This document shows positions 37,601 through 49,450 of a stretch of 64,000 nucleotides of DNA, piece by piece (positions within the stretch are counted from its first letter, which is position 1; every line of letters begins with the position of its first letter). Origin of the DNA: Octopus sinensis (taxonomy: Eukaryota); the NCBI RefSeq assembly GCF_006345805.1, contig NC_043000.1:83886001-83950000 (forward strand), in the 5' to 3' direction. A model generated the notes under the pieces. The model had not been told where the DNA came from. It searched no databases and was given only the letters and a program-made list of their open reading frames with translations. Both the position numbers and the translations under genes were made by a program.

Positions 37601-39821
37601 TGTATCAGTATCGTCCCTTTATGAAACATTGATGTACCACCAGGATCTGTCTTACTGTATATAGAACAATAAGGAATGGAAACGAAAAATGCAAAGTGCC
37701 TCTTTTGAAAACCAGCTTGACATATTTTTTAACAGTGTCATTGGAAGCGAGTACACTATACTCGTCAGTCATCATGAATGTTTCCTCCTTGGACCTCTTC
37801 TCCATAAAGCGCGAGATACAATTTTATTTGTAGATCTTCAAATTGTCAATGGTGAAGTTTGTAGTGCCCACAGATATATGATTCATACTTGGACATGATG
37901 CCTTCCTGAACGAAGATCATATTATCCTTGATGCAACATAGCTAGTAGCTTCTTTATCTCATAAAGCCAATAGTTTTAAGATTATTTACAATATTCTGTT
38001 AAAATGCTGCTGCAAACCATCCAATTATTTTAAGCTTTCAAGTATTGTTATGACCTTGCTGAAGATTTCAGTAATAAAGATCAACAGATGTACTCCAGCA
38101 TTGGAAAAGGGTTCACAGTCGTAACCTTCATTGGTAAGATTAAAGATATAAACGGTTAAGAAGTTAGAAAATACGGTTTCCCTCAACCTAACAAGACTGA
38201 AGTTAATAATTTAGCAACAGAAATGTCGAAATATGCATTCATATAATACTGTCACATTCATAGCCTATGTCAATGACAACGAACACAAACTAATTACCGA
38301 GAAAGGGGTAACCTCTTCAGCTATTGTGAGAGGATTTAGCAACATGAAGATGGAATTAACTTCCTTAATGTCCATGGTGAAATCGGAAAAACATTCCTGA
38401 TCAGTCTCTTGCTTGCCAAATTGCAACAAGAAATGCATAACTATTGCAGTTTCTTCAGATACTACTGTAATATTCCTTCCTAAGGTGTGTATATCAGATC
38501 CTAGTTTTAAACTGCTGTTTCTGAACATGAGCACAAACGATGCATATGTTTGTAACATTGCAAGAATTCAGGAAATCGAGATGCCAAATGATTTTGGTTC
38601 ACATAGAACTCTGCAGGATCAGGACAAAAAATTAAAAAACTTGCGTGACAATACACCTTAGACGGGAGGACATGCAGAAATATTGTCAGATAACTTTCGT
38701 CAGATCCTCCCAGTAATTTCAAAAGGGACAACAGCCGATTAAATCTAGGCTTCAAAGCCTCGTTGTTTTGGACTAGATTTAAAATATTCGAATTACATAC
38801 AATCATGAGAGTTAGTCTTTTCGGAGATCAGCTGTCTAGTCATTTTGTCAAAAATTTGTTACAAGTTGAAGATTTCCCTCCGGCAGTAACGGTACCATAA
38901 AACCAACTCCTAGGAGCGCAGTGGTTAAGACAGAAAATTGATTAGTATCAAAGATGTTCCCCAACCTTTATACAAGTGACTGTACGTAAAAAATTTGTGT
39001 CTGGAGCATCAACAGGCATCTGTTGTAAGAACATCCAAGAAATAGTCACATCTATAAACCAACAAACACTGTTACCGATTAGGAAGAAATAGTTCACTAT
39101 CCTACAGAATTTTAAAAGTTATTGGAACCTTGAGGTCTACTCCAACATAGGTTTCAGGTAAAAAAAAGAAAAAGAAAAAAAGGGTCTTTGATAATAATTT
39201 GAAAAATAAAAGCAGTTTATATTCAATAGCAGTTTCAAATGAAATAAAACTATATTCACATTGAATTAATCGTATGTTTTTATTTAATACACTTAACTTA
39301 GATATATGCCATTTACACAATTAAATAGCGAAATATGCTAATAATTCTGAGAGCAAGTCTGCAGCATACTGTATAAGACTCCAGACTTCAATAAATGTAT
39401 TGGAAAACAAATTCATTTCTTACATGAAAGGCAACTTTTCCAAAGAAATGCAATATTGTGCTATTAAACTGAATATGCCTTCATTAAGAACAATTCTGGG
39501 CCATTTACAGCTACTTTCCAACTGGTGAAATGCCGGGAATTCTACTAGTGTGTGTGTGTATAAATTGCTTAAAAAGTAATTTATTGCTAATGTACCTGCA
39601 CGTACACTGTACTTACACAGATAAATCTATATGACTATTTATCCATCCATCCGTCTGTCTGCCCCCTTCTCTCTCGTTCTCTCTTTCTCTCTCTTTGTGA
39701 ATATACATACATACATACATACATACATGTATAAATATAAGTGAAAACTGAAAATATCTCTAACACAGATACACACAAATATTCACGTATATTTATAAGC
39801 ATGTATTAGTGTGTGTATGTG

Positions 39822-39860
<39 letters not shown>

Positions 39861-40664
39861 TGTGTGTGTGCCTGTGTGCATATGTCTGTGCGTGTGATTG
39901 TGAGTGTTTATATAACTTAGTCACGTCTTAGTAGCATTAGTTTCCTCTACGAAAACCACGGAAAAGACTTAAGTCACTTCTGCACATTACGTTCAACTTC
40001 TTGCCATGCACATGAATATGTATTATTTTCATATGTGCGCGCGCGCGTATTGTGTGTGTGTGTATGCGTGCGTGTGCGTGTGTTTGAGAGGGACCTCTAG
40101 TCTTTGTCAAGATATTACTCTAGGAGAAGACTAACTAAAAAACCTGCTGCTCTATTGAGCCGGATATCTTACACTTTGCTTGGGTTTGGGCTTCTTGGTA
40201 TTGCCAGTGATATTGTCATGGTGTTGTGAAAGCTGTACTTGACTTAAAACTCTTGCACTTGCATGGCTGATATTTAACATTTGTCAGCAATGGTCATGCT
40301 TGTGTAACAAGAAGACATTTATACGGAGTAGAAGCGCTAAGCAATTGTAGAAATGACGATATGTGTAAATATAGACCTCATACCAATTCAAATATCCTTG
40401 AGACATATTCGAAACCGTAAGAAAGTCATCTACTGTATTTTGTCATGGAGAAAATTTCTCACTGAAGACAAATAAGTGTAAATACACTGAATCAGTCCGA
40501 AGCAACCCTCTGCCAGACTGATGGTTGCATGCATTTTGGAATGTTTATCTCCTCTTCAGCGTCTGACACTAGAAGTGAGTGGCGCAGCAGACTGATTTCA
40601 GATTGGTCTCTCTTATATTTCAGTCAGCGTACTGTGACTGGTTGCGGTAATAGGCTGACCGGCC

Positions 40665-40700
<36 letters not shown>

Positions 40701-40939
40701 ATATAATAATGTTACGTCTTCTCTGAGGAGCACTCATGAAACTGTGAAACGGTCACCCGGAAGACTCATTTTCTTCCACTCTTCAGTAGCATAAAATGTG
40801 TTTACATTCTTATTTAACCCACAATAATGCTTTGCCATTATTTAAATATCGTTCACTTCTGCTGTACGCTGTATTGTGCATGAAATATATGTGTATGTTT
40901 GTGCGTGTGTGTGTGTGTGTGGGGGGGGTTAATGTACAT

Positions 40940-41014
40940 GTACGTTTATAAATTATAAATATATGTATATCATATATGTATGTTTATACGTATGTATGTA
41001 TATGCGCATGTATG

Positions 41015-41050
<36 letters not shown>

Positions 41051-41089
41051 TGTATGTATGTATTTGTGTATGTATGTATGTATGTATAT

Positions 41090-41140
<51 letters not shown>

Positions 41141-41344
41141 AATGTGTGTGCGTGTACGTGTGTATTTGTATTTATATAATTTATAATCAGAAATATACCA
41201 ATATGACATATACACAGAAGCCTGTAGCAAACGTTAACATTTCGAATATCCTTCAGTTTTTCCGTTGAATGAGTCGCTGTGCATGTATTTGTGTGTGTTT
41301 GTTTTAGCAGTATAAGTATGTACATATGTGCGAACGTATGTATG

Positions 41345-41378
<34 letters not shown>

Positions 41379-41460
41379 TGTATGTATGTATGTAGACATG
41401 TATGCATATACCTATATTATACAAGTGCAAGCACAGACACACATATATGCATACATACAA
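40940..41460. repeat. (TATG)n/(TA)n microsatellite cluster
   Basis: Direct inspection. Confidence 0.9.
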
Positions 41461-41685
41461 GCATACATATACTTGTAAAGACAGGCAAATACGCCCACCT
41501 ACACAGTTTGTTACAACATTTTTTTTTCATGTAGTTTCCAGTTTTTACCGATATATCTAATGAATGTGCTTCTCTCGCTAAGATATTTACTTCTTCTTTC
41601 TCTCTTCCCTTTTTTGCTTGCTTGCTTATTCCTTTTCTTTCTCTTCCCCTCTTTCTTTCTCTTCCCCTCTCTCTCTCACTCTCTT

Positions 41686-41717
<32 letters not shown>

Positions 41718-42984
41718 ACCCTCAAGATATCTATTAAATATATCGTTCTGACTGTCTGTGTGTGTGTGTGTGTCTGCTAGGATCTCGGGCATCCTCCATC
41801 CGATTGCGCTCAAATTTGATATATAGATACCGACGGTATCAGGGAATATATAAATCTTGAAAGAATTATAAAAGTCAATTCCAGGTGAGAATGCGATCGC
41901 TAAAGCCATGGGAACGTGCATTTGTACAAGTACGCGCAAGTACATCAACTGCTGCGATCGATATCTTTATCTCTTCTTTTTCTAGTGTCTCAAATTTAGG
42001 TTAAATCAGTGTTTCTCAAAAGGGTGGTCTATGGGACGGTCGGACAAGTTGTTTTGAGAAAATTTGGTTTAAATGTTTGACAACTCAGAACCGTCCATTG
42101 AACGGGGGCGTTTTGCTCGTAAGTATATATGTATGTACATTTAAATGCACGCACAAGCATATTTTACGAATGAGTATGTGTGTTGAGCTGCTTCTCAAAA
42201 TATTAAGAATACCAGCCACATTTCACTCAGACCACATACTACAGTCTTTAAAATGAGATTACACATAGAATAACGCAGTCTTGATATACAAACGGACTGT
42301 ATAGTCATGGTTGGAACGCCACTTATAATATGTCTACTCGATCAGAACGTTCAGGCTAAACAGTCTCCGAGCAGTTGTTCAAGTTGCGAGATATGTTGTC
42401 TTATCTCTCTTTAATTACATACAATGTCCGCTAAGCGAATAGAAACAGCAACCAAGTTTTTCTCAATTCACGTAACTGCAGTCTTAAAAAAGAAGGTCAC
42501 ATTGGGTTATGTATTCCCTGCTATATGAGTAAGTATCCTACCAAATGCCTTAGAAAAATACATCAGGTACTATAACAGTATATACGTGATGTTTATGGTT
42601 GGATCACTTGTTATCAGAAGATTGCTTGATCAAGCCTTATCTGAATCTAGCAACAGCACAATATCTCAGCGGAATAGGTAGAAATAGCAGTCAAACCTCC
42701 CTCAACTACTGCAGCTTTGGGTCTGAAAAAGGAAGATCACACTGGACAATGTATTTGCTGATAGACAAAAAGACAGTATGATCACCGTTTGAACGCCTTT
42801 TATTGTAGGTTTGCAAAATCAAACTTAACCCAGGGTTTAAGAACAACATGTAACGGAGACTACATGGTAGACAAACCTCTTACAGTTACTATAAATCACA
42901 TCCTACGACCTTAAAATGGGAAGGTCATCAAATACGAAAAGCAATGTCAGTATTGAATGCATTATCTGTATGGTTCCTTCAACC

Positions 42985-43100
42985 GGGGTTCCGGGCTCAG
43001 TTCCACTGTGTGGCGGCACCTTGGGCAAATGTCTTGACCAGAACCTTGAGAGTTGATTTGGTCGACGGAAACTGAAAGAAGACCGTCGTATACATATGTA
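42985..43100 (+). mobile_element. 5' half of bipartite SINE (3' half at 46641-46735)
   Basis: ggttccgggctcagttccactgtgtggcggcaccttgggcaaatgtctt...gacggaaactgaaagaagaccgtcgtata. Confidence 0.7.
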
Positions 43101-43112
43101 TACATACATATA

Positions 43113-43499
43113 TATAGACGCGAACTTTAATAATCTTTCGGTCTCTGTTTCAGAATCTTTCATTTTCTATTTTAGCTTTCCTGTTAATATTCTTTCATTT
43201 TCTTAATCTGAGAATAACTTTCTTTCAATTTCTGTTTCGTTCTCATATGTCTATCTTCTCGTAATTAGTTTTTAGAATTAAATAACTCCTTCTTTTCCTC
43301 ACTTTCTTCTACCACCTCCCTCTCTCTATATATATATGTATGTATATATATGCATGTATATGTATATATATATGTGTGTATATATGCATGTGCATATATA
43401 TGTATAGACGCGAACTTTAATAATCTTTCGGTCTCTGTTTCAGAATCTTTCATTTTCTATTTCAGCTTTCCTGTTAATAATCTTTCATTTTCTTAATCT
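43113..43499. repeat. 97-bp direct repeat (43113-43209, 43403-43499), 2 mismatches
   Basis: tatagacgcgaactttaataatctttcggtctctgtttcagaatc...ttcttaatct twice, period 290. Confidence 0.9.
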
Positions 43500-43841
43500 T
43501 TCATTTTTATTTCAGCTTCGTAACCTCCTCTCTTTCTTTTCTTTCTCCCTCTGTCTCTTTACTTCTCTCTATCACACCATCTTTCTTCTTTCAGCCGTTC
43601 AATCTTTCTTCGTCTCTTCACTTCTCCACTTCTCTCTGTCACACAATCTTTCCTCTCTCAGCCTCTCAATTTTTCTAAATATATAGTCACGAACTTTCCT
43701 CTCTCACTCTCTTCTTATCTTCTCTCAGCTCTCAATCTCTCTAAATACACAGTCACTTTCTTTCTCTATTTCTTCCCTACCCTCTATCACACTATTAAAT
43801 TTTAAATATTTTTAGATAGATAAGTAAATAAAATATCCAAC

Positions 43842-44744
43842 ATGTCCAGAACCTGGAGACGTAACGAATTGGCGTTGTCCGTAAGAGCCTGGCAATGCGC
43901 CGACGGAGATAATCCTAACAATATAATTACAGCTGCGCTGAAGAGCAGTGGTTATAAAAGGACAATAGCTCAGATAGAGCGGAAGAAGCAGGAGTTTATA
44001 CGCTCCTATGCACTTATAAGATCTCACATTGGCACGCTTGATGCCATCTTTGACAACGAACAAAGTAAAGATGGCAAGGATGGAGACGCGGGTGCTGATG
44101 AAAGAAGTCACCCCCACCTGGTAGACACCCGGGAAGAAGATTCAAGTGAGAAACCTGCCCGGGAAGTAAACCCAAGTGCAAGTGCTCCTACCAGCACCAA
44201 AAGCCATGGAGATGAAAGACCCAAAAAAGAAATAAAAGGAGGAAAAACTAAAAGAAAAACTCAAACAAAACCAAAAAATGAAACAGCCAAGGATAGAAGC
44301 AAAACTGACTATCCATATACCAAAAAGGATGGAAACAGACAGCGCACACGGGTGTGTAGGTTCTACCTGAGAGGTACCTGCTGGCATGGAGAGGAAGGTG
44401 CAGGCTGCCGTTTTGCACATCGGGGACCCTGCCGCAGAGACACGAAACAGGTCAAAAACCAACTAACAAAAGGAAAAAGGATAGACCACGCACCACCTGC
44501 CCCAAAACGGAGGTACGCAGATGTGGTGCGTGCCACAAACCGCCAACATGTTGTTGAAAGGGTAGCTGCTGAACAAGAATCTTTTTTGTGCATGGCACAA
44601 AAGATTGTACAGCAGCTAACCTGGCTTCATCAAACCCAAGCTCGCAGATGGGACTATCCACAATATACAAGACTACCACAGCAAATAGATCCAAGGTGGA
44701 CACCGTCAGCAACAGCATACACCTCACCTCGATGCTCCTACTGA
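43842..44744 (+). CDS. LINE ORF1 (300 aa): Myb/SANT(trihelix)-like N-terminus, Lys/acidic linker, CCCH zinc finger
   Basis: W-x3-E-x7-W...I..AL...GYKRT..QI..K......Y (aa 5-56); C-x7-C-x8-C-x3-H at 44355-44420; its stop overlaps the ORF2 Met at 44732. Confidence 0.75.
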   Translation: MSRTWRRNELALSVRAWQCADGDNPNNIITAALKSSGYKRTIAQIERKKQEFIRSYALIRSHIGTLDAIFDNEQSKDGKDGDAGADERSHPHLVDTREEDSSEKPAREVNPSASAPTSTKSHGDERPKKEIKGGKTKRKTQTKPKNETAKDRSKTDYPYTKKDGNRQRTRVCRFYLRGTCWHGEEGAGCRFAHRGPCRRDTKQVKNQLTKGKRIDHAPPAPKRRYADVVRATNRQHVVERVAAEQESFLCMAQKIVQQLTWLHQTQARRWDYPQYTRLPQQIDPRWTPSATAYTSPRCSY

Positions 44745-46640
44745 ACATCAGAGGACTGCTAACACTCAGTAACAGGACAAAAATCCCGTTCTTGAGAGAC
44801 TTTGTTGCATGCAATCAAGCCTTATGCATAGCACTTACGGAAACGCACCTGAAACCGGACATAGCAGATGCGGAATTACACATACCACAGTATGTTGTAC
44901 TACGGACCGACAGAAAAGAAAGGAGTCATGGAGGAGTAGCTATGTACATCCGTGAGGACTTCACACCCCAGGTCCTTTTGTCATACTCAAACTCGGTGTG
45001 TGACACACTAATTGTACATATAAGGCAACTTGGTGTAGTTGTGTGTGCTATATATCGCCCTCCAGATGCCCCAAGCCATGTAGACAAGTTTGAAGACTGC
45101 CTTATAAAAATAGAAGTTCTAGTCACATTAGAACAACACATAAGTGTAATTCTTATGGGAGACTTCAATCTACCCAATGTGAACGAGGATAGGCGAGGTC
45201 CCTCCTGAACCTCATCAACACCCTGTACATGGAACAAGTAATACTCCAACCTACCAGGGCAGGTAACACACTGGATCTCTGCTTCACAAATAATATGGAT
45301 CTCATCCATAATGTGAAAGTGACACCGACACTACTCTCGGATCACAACATGGTAGAGCTGACCATGTACGGGTCAAAGGAAAGCATGGACATGCAGCCTA
45401 CAAGAAACTCTCAGAATCTTTCCAGCTTGAACTTCCATAAGGCGAACTGGAAACAAATTGAGAAAGAGATCCTCAAACAAAACTGGCCTGAATGTCTCTC
45501 CTCGCCAGACATCGACGTGAAACTTCAACAATTCATGTCTGTAATGCAAGCCATATGCTACAAATGTGTCCCAGAGAGAAAGGCCACTGTACACAAGAAC
45601 AAAATCCCCAGAGAGAGGAAAATTTTAATGAGACGGCGTACAAAAATTTCAAATCGCCTAAACAAACAAATTGAAAGCAGTGAAAAGTCCCGCCTGAAAA
45701 TAAAACTGTTGGAAATTGAAAAATGTCTGCAACTCTGCCATGAAAAGGAAAGAGCAGACAAAGAAGCCTGGGCTATAGACAACATAAAATCTAACTCCAG
45801 AGCTTTCTACAGGTATGCCAAAGAAACAGCTACGGTGCACTGTAGGATAGGGCCACTCCTTGAAAAGGATGGCACACTCACAGGAAATCCAATGAGGGTA
45901 AGTGAAATACTGAATGAGCAATTCAAGAGTGTTTTCACTCCACCCCTTGGGCATTTCCAAATCACCAATCCAACTGACTTCTTTACCACTGCAGATATAA
46001 AATCAGAGGCAGCGATGATTGATTACATCAATATAAAGGAAGACGATGTAATAAAGGCTATAGATGAAATGAAAACAAACTCAGCTACTGGCCCCGATGG
46101 ATTCCCGGTAATCCTCCTAAAAGTATGTAAGAGAGTCCTAGCAAGACCACTGCAGTTCCTCTTTCAGAGCTTCCTTGCAACTGGCAAACTTCCAAGAAAA
46201 CTGAAGGAAGGTAAAATATGCCCTATTCATAAAGGAGGTAGCAGAGCGGAGGCCAAGAACTACAGACCTATCTCTCTGACCTCATACATCAGCAAGGTCA
46301 TGGAACGAATAGTCAGAAGGAAACTGATCACCTTCCTTGAAGAAAATGACTTGCTGCCTGACACCCAACATGGTTTCCGACCAGGAAGAAGCTGCTTAAC
46401 TCAGCTCCTACAACACTATGACTGGGTGCTGAAACGACTGCTCAACCACTCAAATGTGGAAGTGATATATTTCGACTTTGCAAAGGCCTTTGATAAAGTC
46501 GATCATGGAATGATATGTCACAAACTGCGTGATCTTAGCATAGTTGGAAAACTGGGAGAATGGCTTCATGACTTTCTGAAGGATAGAAGTCAGGTGGTAG
46601 TAGCCAATGGGGCCACTTCCATTAACACGCAAATAGTGAG
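44732..46640 (+). pseudogene. CR1-like LINE ORF2 (APE + RT), frameshifted at ~45190 and 3'-truncated just before GVPQG
   Basis: MLLLNIRGL, ALTETHL, HGGVAMY, IYRPP, MGDFNLP, TLDLCF, SDH, GPDG, NYRPISLTS, QHGFRPGRSC, YFDFAKAFDKVDH, then SINE sequence. Confidence 0.9.
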
Positions 46641-46735
46641 CGTGTTTATACCCAGCCACCACTTGACAACCGGTGTGGGTTTGTTTACGTCCCCGTAATT
46701 TAGAAAAATACCGAGAACGATTTGTTCCTTTAAAC
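46641..46735 (+). mobile_element. 3' half of bipartite SINE
   Basis: ccaccacttgacaaccggtgtgggtttgtttacgtccccgtaatttag matches the post-microsatellite half of 8975-9345. Confidence 0.65.
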
Positions 46736-47011
46736 CCTTCAAGGTGGTGTCACATTATTTCACATTATTTTCAGGTGGAAATGAGAACTAGACCAGTATT
46801 GCTGTAGTTATCTTTCTCCCTCCATCTGTCATATACTTGATGCCGGGTCAAGAGTGGGAAGGGCCAAGAAACTGTTTGTGTTCGCTAACGACTATAAAGG
46901 CACCTGAAACAGCAAGCGAAAGCATGCTGTGTTATCAAGTCATACTCAGTTGTAAATGATGGCTAAGCATTGCTTTCTTTCTCACCCCACCCCATTTTCT
47001 TTTATTCTTTT

Positions 47012-47378
47012 ATTTGTTTCAGTTATTTGACTGTGGCCATGCTGGAACACCGCCTGTAGTTGAAAAAATCGACCCCAGTACTTATTCTTTGCAAACATTG
47101 TATTTATTCTATCGGTCTCTTTTGCCGAACTGCTAGGTTACGGTGATGTAAACACACAATCATCGGCTGTCACGCAATGGTGGGGAGAACACAGACACAA
47201 ATACATACATATATATACGACGGGCTTCTTCCAGTTTCCATCTACTAAATCCATTCACAAGGTTTTAGTCGGCCCGAGGCTACAGTAGAAGATACTTGCC
47301 CAAGGTGCCACGCAGTGGGACTGAACCCGGAACCATGTACCTGGGAAGCATGCTTCTTACCACAAGGCCTCCTGCGCC
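47012..47378 (-). mobile_element. Full-length bipartite SINE
   Basis: Same family as 8975-9345. Confidence 0.8.
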
Positions 47379-48379
47379 TATATTTAACCAAAATTTAAAT
47401 TGCAACTGGATTCTTTAAGGTAGAGTGTTGATAGCAGAAAATATGACTCTGTAGTGACTTTATTTAGGCATAGAATAGATTCGGACCGGAATCTACCAAC
47501 TTGCCATGACATTGCAACAGCATTTTTCTCACAGAAAAATAATGGTTGACAGCAGTTACATTTACCATATGGCTTTGCTAAGCCGATTTATGTCTTTTCC
47601 ATTTGACCCTCCTAACCAATTCTAAGCCATAAAAAATTTGAATTGAGATAACAACGAAATCTATTGTTCTCTGCAATATATCTATTTTTCTAACTAGTTT
47701 TGCATAGTTATAAATATTAGAACTCCGTAAAGCCAGAGTCAGTTGTACTGTGTAAATTCACCCGATCTTATTATATTCGATTTTTAAATAATGTATAACC
47801 CCAGCCTCTAAATGTTTTTTTGTTTTGTCTTCTGTGTCATGGTCTGTGCTGTTTAAAACAAATTAGTGAGCAGAGACCACCAGAGATGACACAGGCAGAC
47901 AGCCACTTGAGACTAACGGCCAGAGGGAAAAAGGAAATATCAGCTACTATGATACGTACAACTTCCTTCTCCACTTCCTCACTTTTACTGGCTCACTTTA
48001 CTTTCTCTACAGCATCACTCTATCTATCTTTTTCCCTGCTGATAGAATGATGAGAACACAAACACACCTATGCAAGAAAAATCTACTATATCTCTCTTTA
48101 CTTCGCATGCTTTACGAATTACATTATACATGCCAGCCCGTCGTGGTTAAATGTTTGTTTACAACTTCGATCACTGTTCGTCTTTCACATCTACAACATC
48201 AACATTCGTTACAATTGGTAACTGCCGACACCAACAATTATCATCACAATTCCCGTTACAACTCTACAGTAGAGAGTAGAAAAACATGAACGTTATCCAT
48301 GATTAAAACATAGGAGAAACTGTATACAAGTGAAATTTGACCAGAGATCTTGTGGAGTTGAAAAGCTCATGTGACCTAA

Positions 48380-48600
48380 TGTTAGGGTGGGTGCTGAGTA
48401 GGTGTGGCGTTTTTGAGAAAAATAGTATTGTGACCAAGAAGACCTGTGGTAAATCTTTGCGTTCAGAATAGAGTCTATTAAGAAAGTTACAAATTAATCT
48501 ATTAGATCTGAGGATTTTAATTTATCACGGGTTTACAATGTAAATGAAACTGACCTGTTCTACCATACTACCCCTTAAAATACCTTGGCCTATAAACAGG
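48380..48600 (+). pseudogene. pogo/Tigger transposase remnant
   Basis: GW...EKNSIVTKKTCGKS and VYNVNETDLFYHTTP resemble GWLxRFKxRxxI...GES and YNxDETGLFY. Confidence 0.5.
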
Positions 48601-48639
48601 AACGCAGGAAGCTTGGTTGCCAGGTAATTAACGAGGGGA

Positions 48640-49450
48640 TTTTCGCTTTATGTGCAGATATGACCGCTTGCTTCGCCTGAAAATCATTATGATTTGGAAA
48701 CCAATGACAAAGTACATCTCTGAGTGGTATTCTTTTTTCTGTCATTATGTCCGAGATCTGTCCTATGATGACTTCTTTGATTAAATATTTTACTTCTCGT
48801 CCTATGAATTTAGAATCGCCAACAGAATATCTTGGAAAAGTTGTGGCAGTATGCTTTACGTATATTAGTGAAAGATGTAACATGTTGAATCTTCAGGTAG
48901 GCAGAATTTAACAGTATTAGAGTGGATTCAGGGTTCTTCAAATATCACTGAAAGAAGATGAGGTAGAAGCAGAGACTGTATTTAAGCAACAATGAGTCTT
49001 TTTTGTACAACTATTCAGTGTGTTAAATGACAGCTTCACAAACTCCCACAATTCGGAAATTAAGCTCTACTAATGCCATCACAACGTTGCTTCTCAACGG
49101 TTTCATAACTAAAACATTCTACTCAGCAATATCAATTCGGATAAAATTGTCAGTGCTATCATTGTCAGCTAAAGCTTTTATTGATGGATTGTTAATCGTA
49201 ATATTAATGAAAGCACGAGATAAAGAATATTCTAATAAAGCTAAAAGGGGAAAAAATGATAAAGTTGGAGAAATTAATTCGTTAGAGATTGGTTTATTAC
49301 CTGATTTGCACATCCGAGAAAAATTACCATTTTTTTTCGCACTTGTAACATATGGTATTGCTTGGCGGACATTCTCTGCAGTCATATTTATACTTCCCAT
49401 TAAAATAAATCGCTTTTGAGAAGCAGCCAGGGAAATAGCACGTCCTCTTT
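48640..49450 (-). pseudogene. Possible hAT (Charlie-like) transposase remnant
   Basis: KSGNKPISNELISP and DNDSTDNFIRIDIAE loosely resemble AKxxKPxxIGEELIxP and LSNxTVxRRIxDIA; heavily degraded. Confidence 0.25.
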
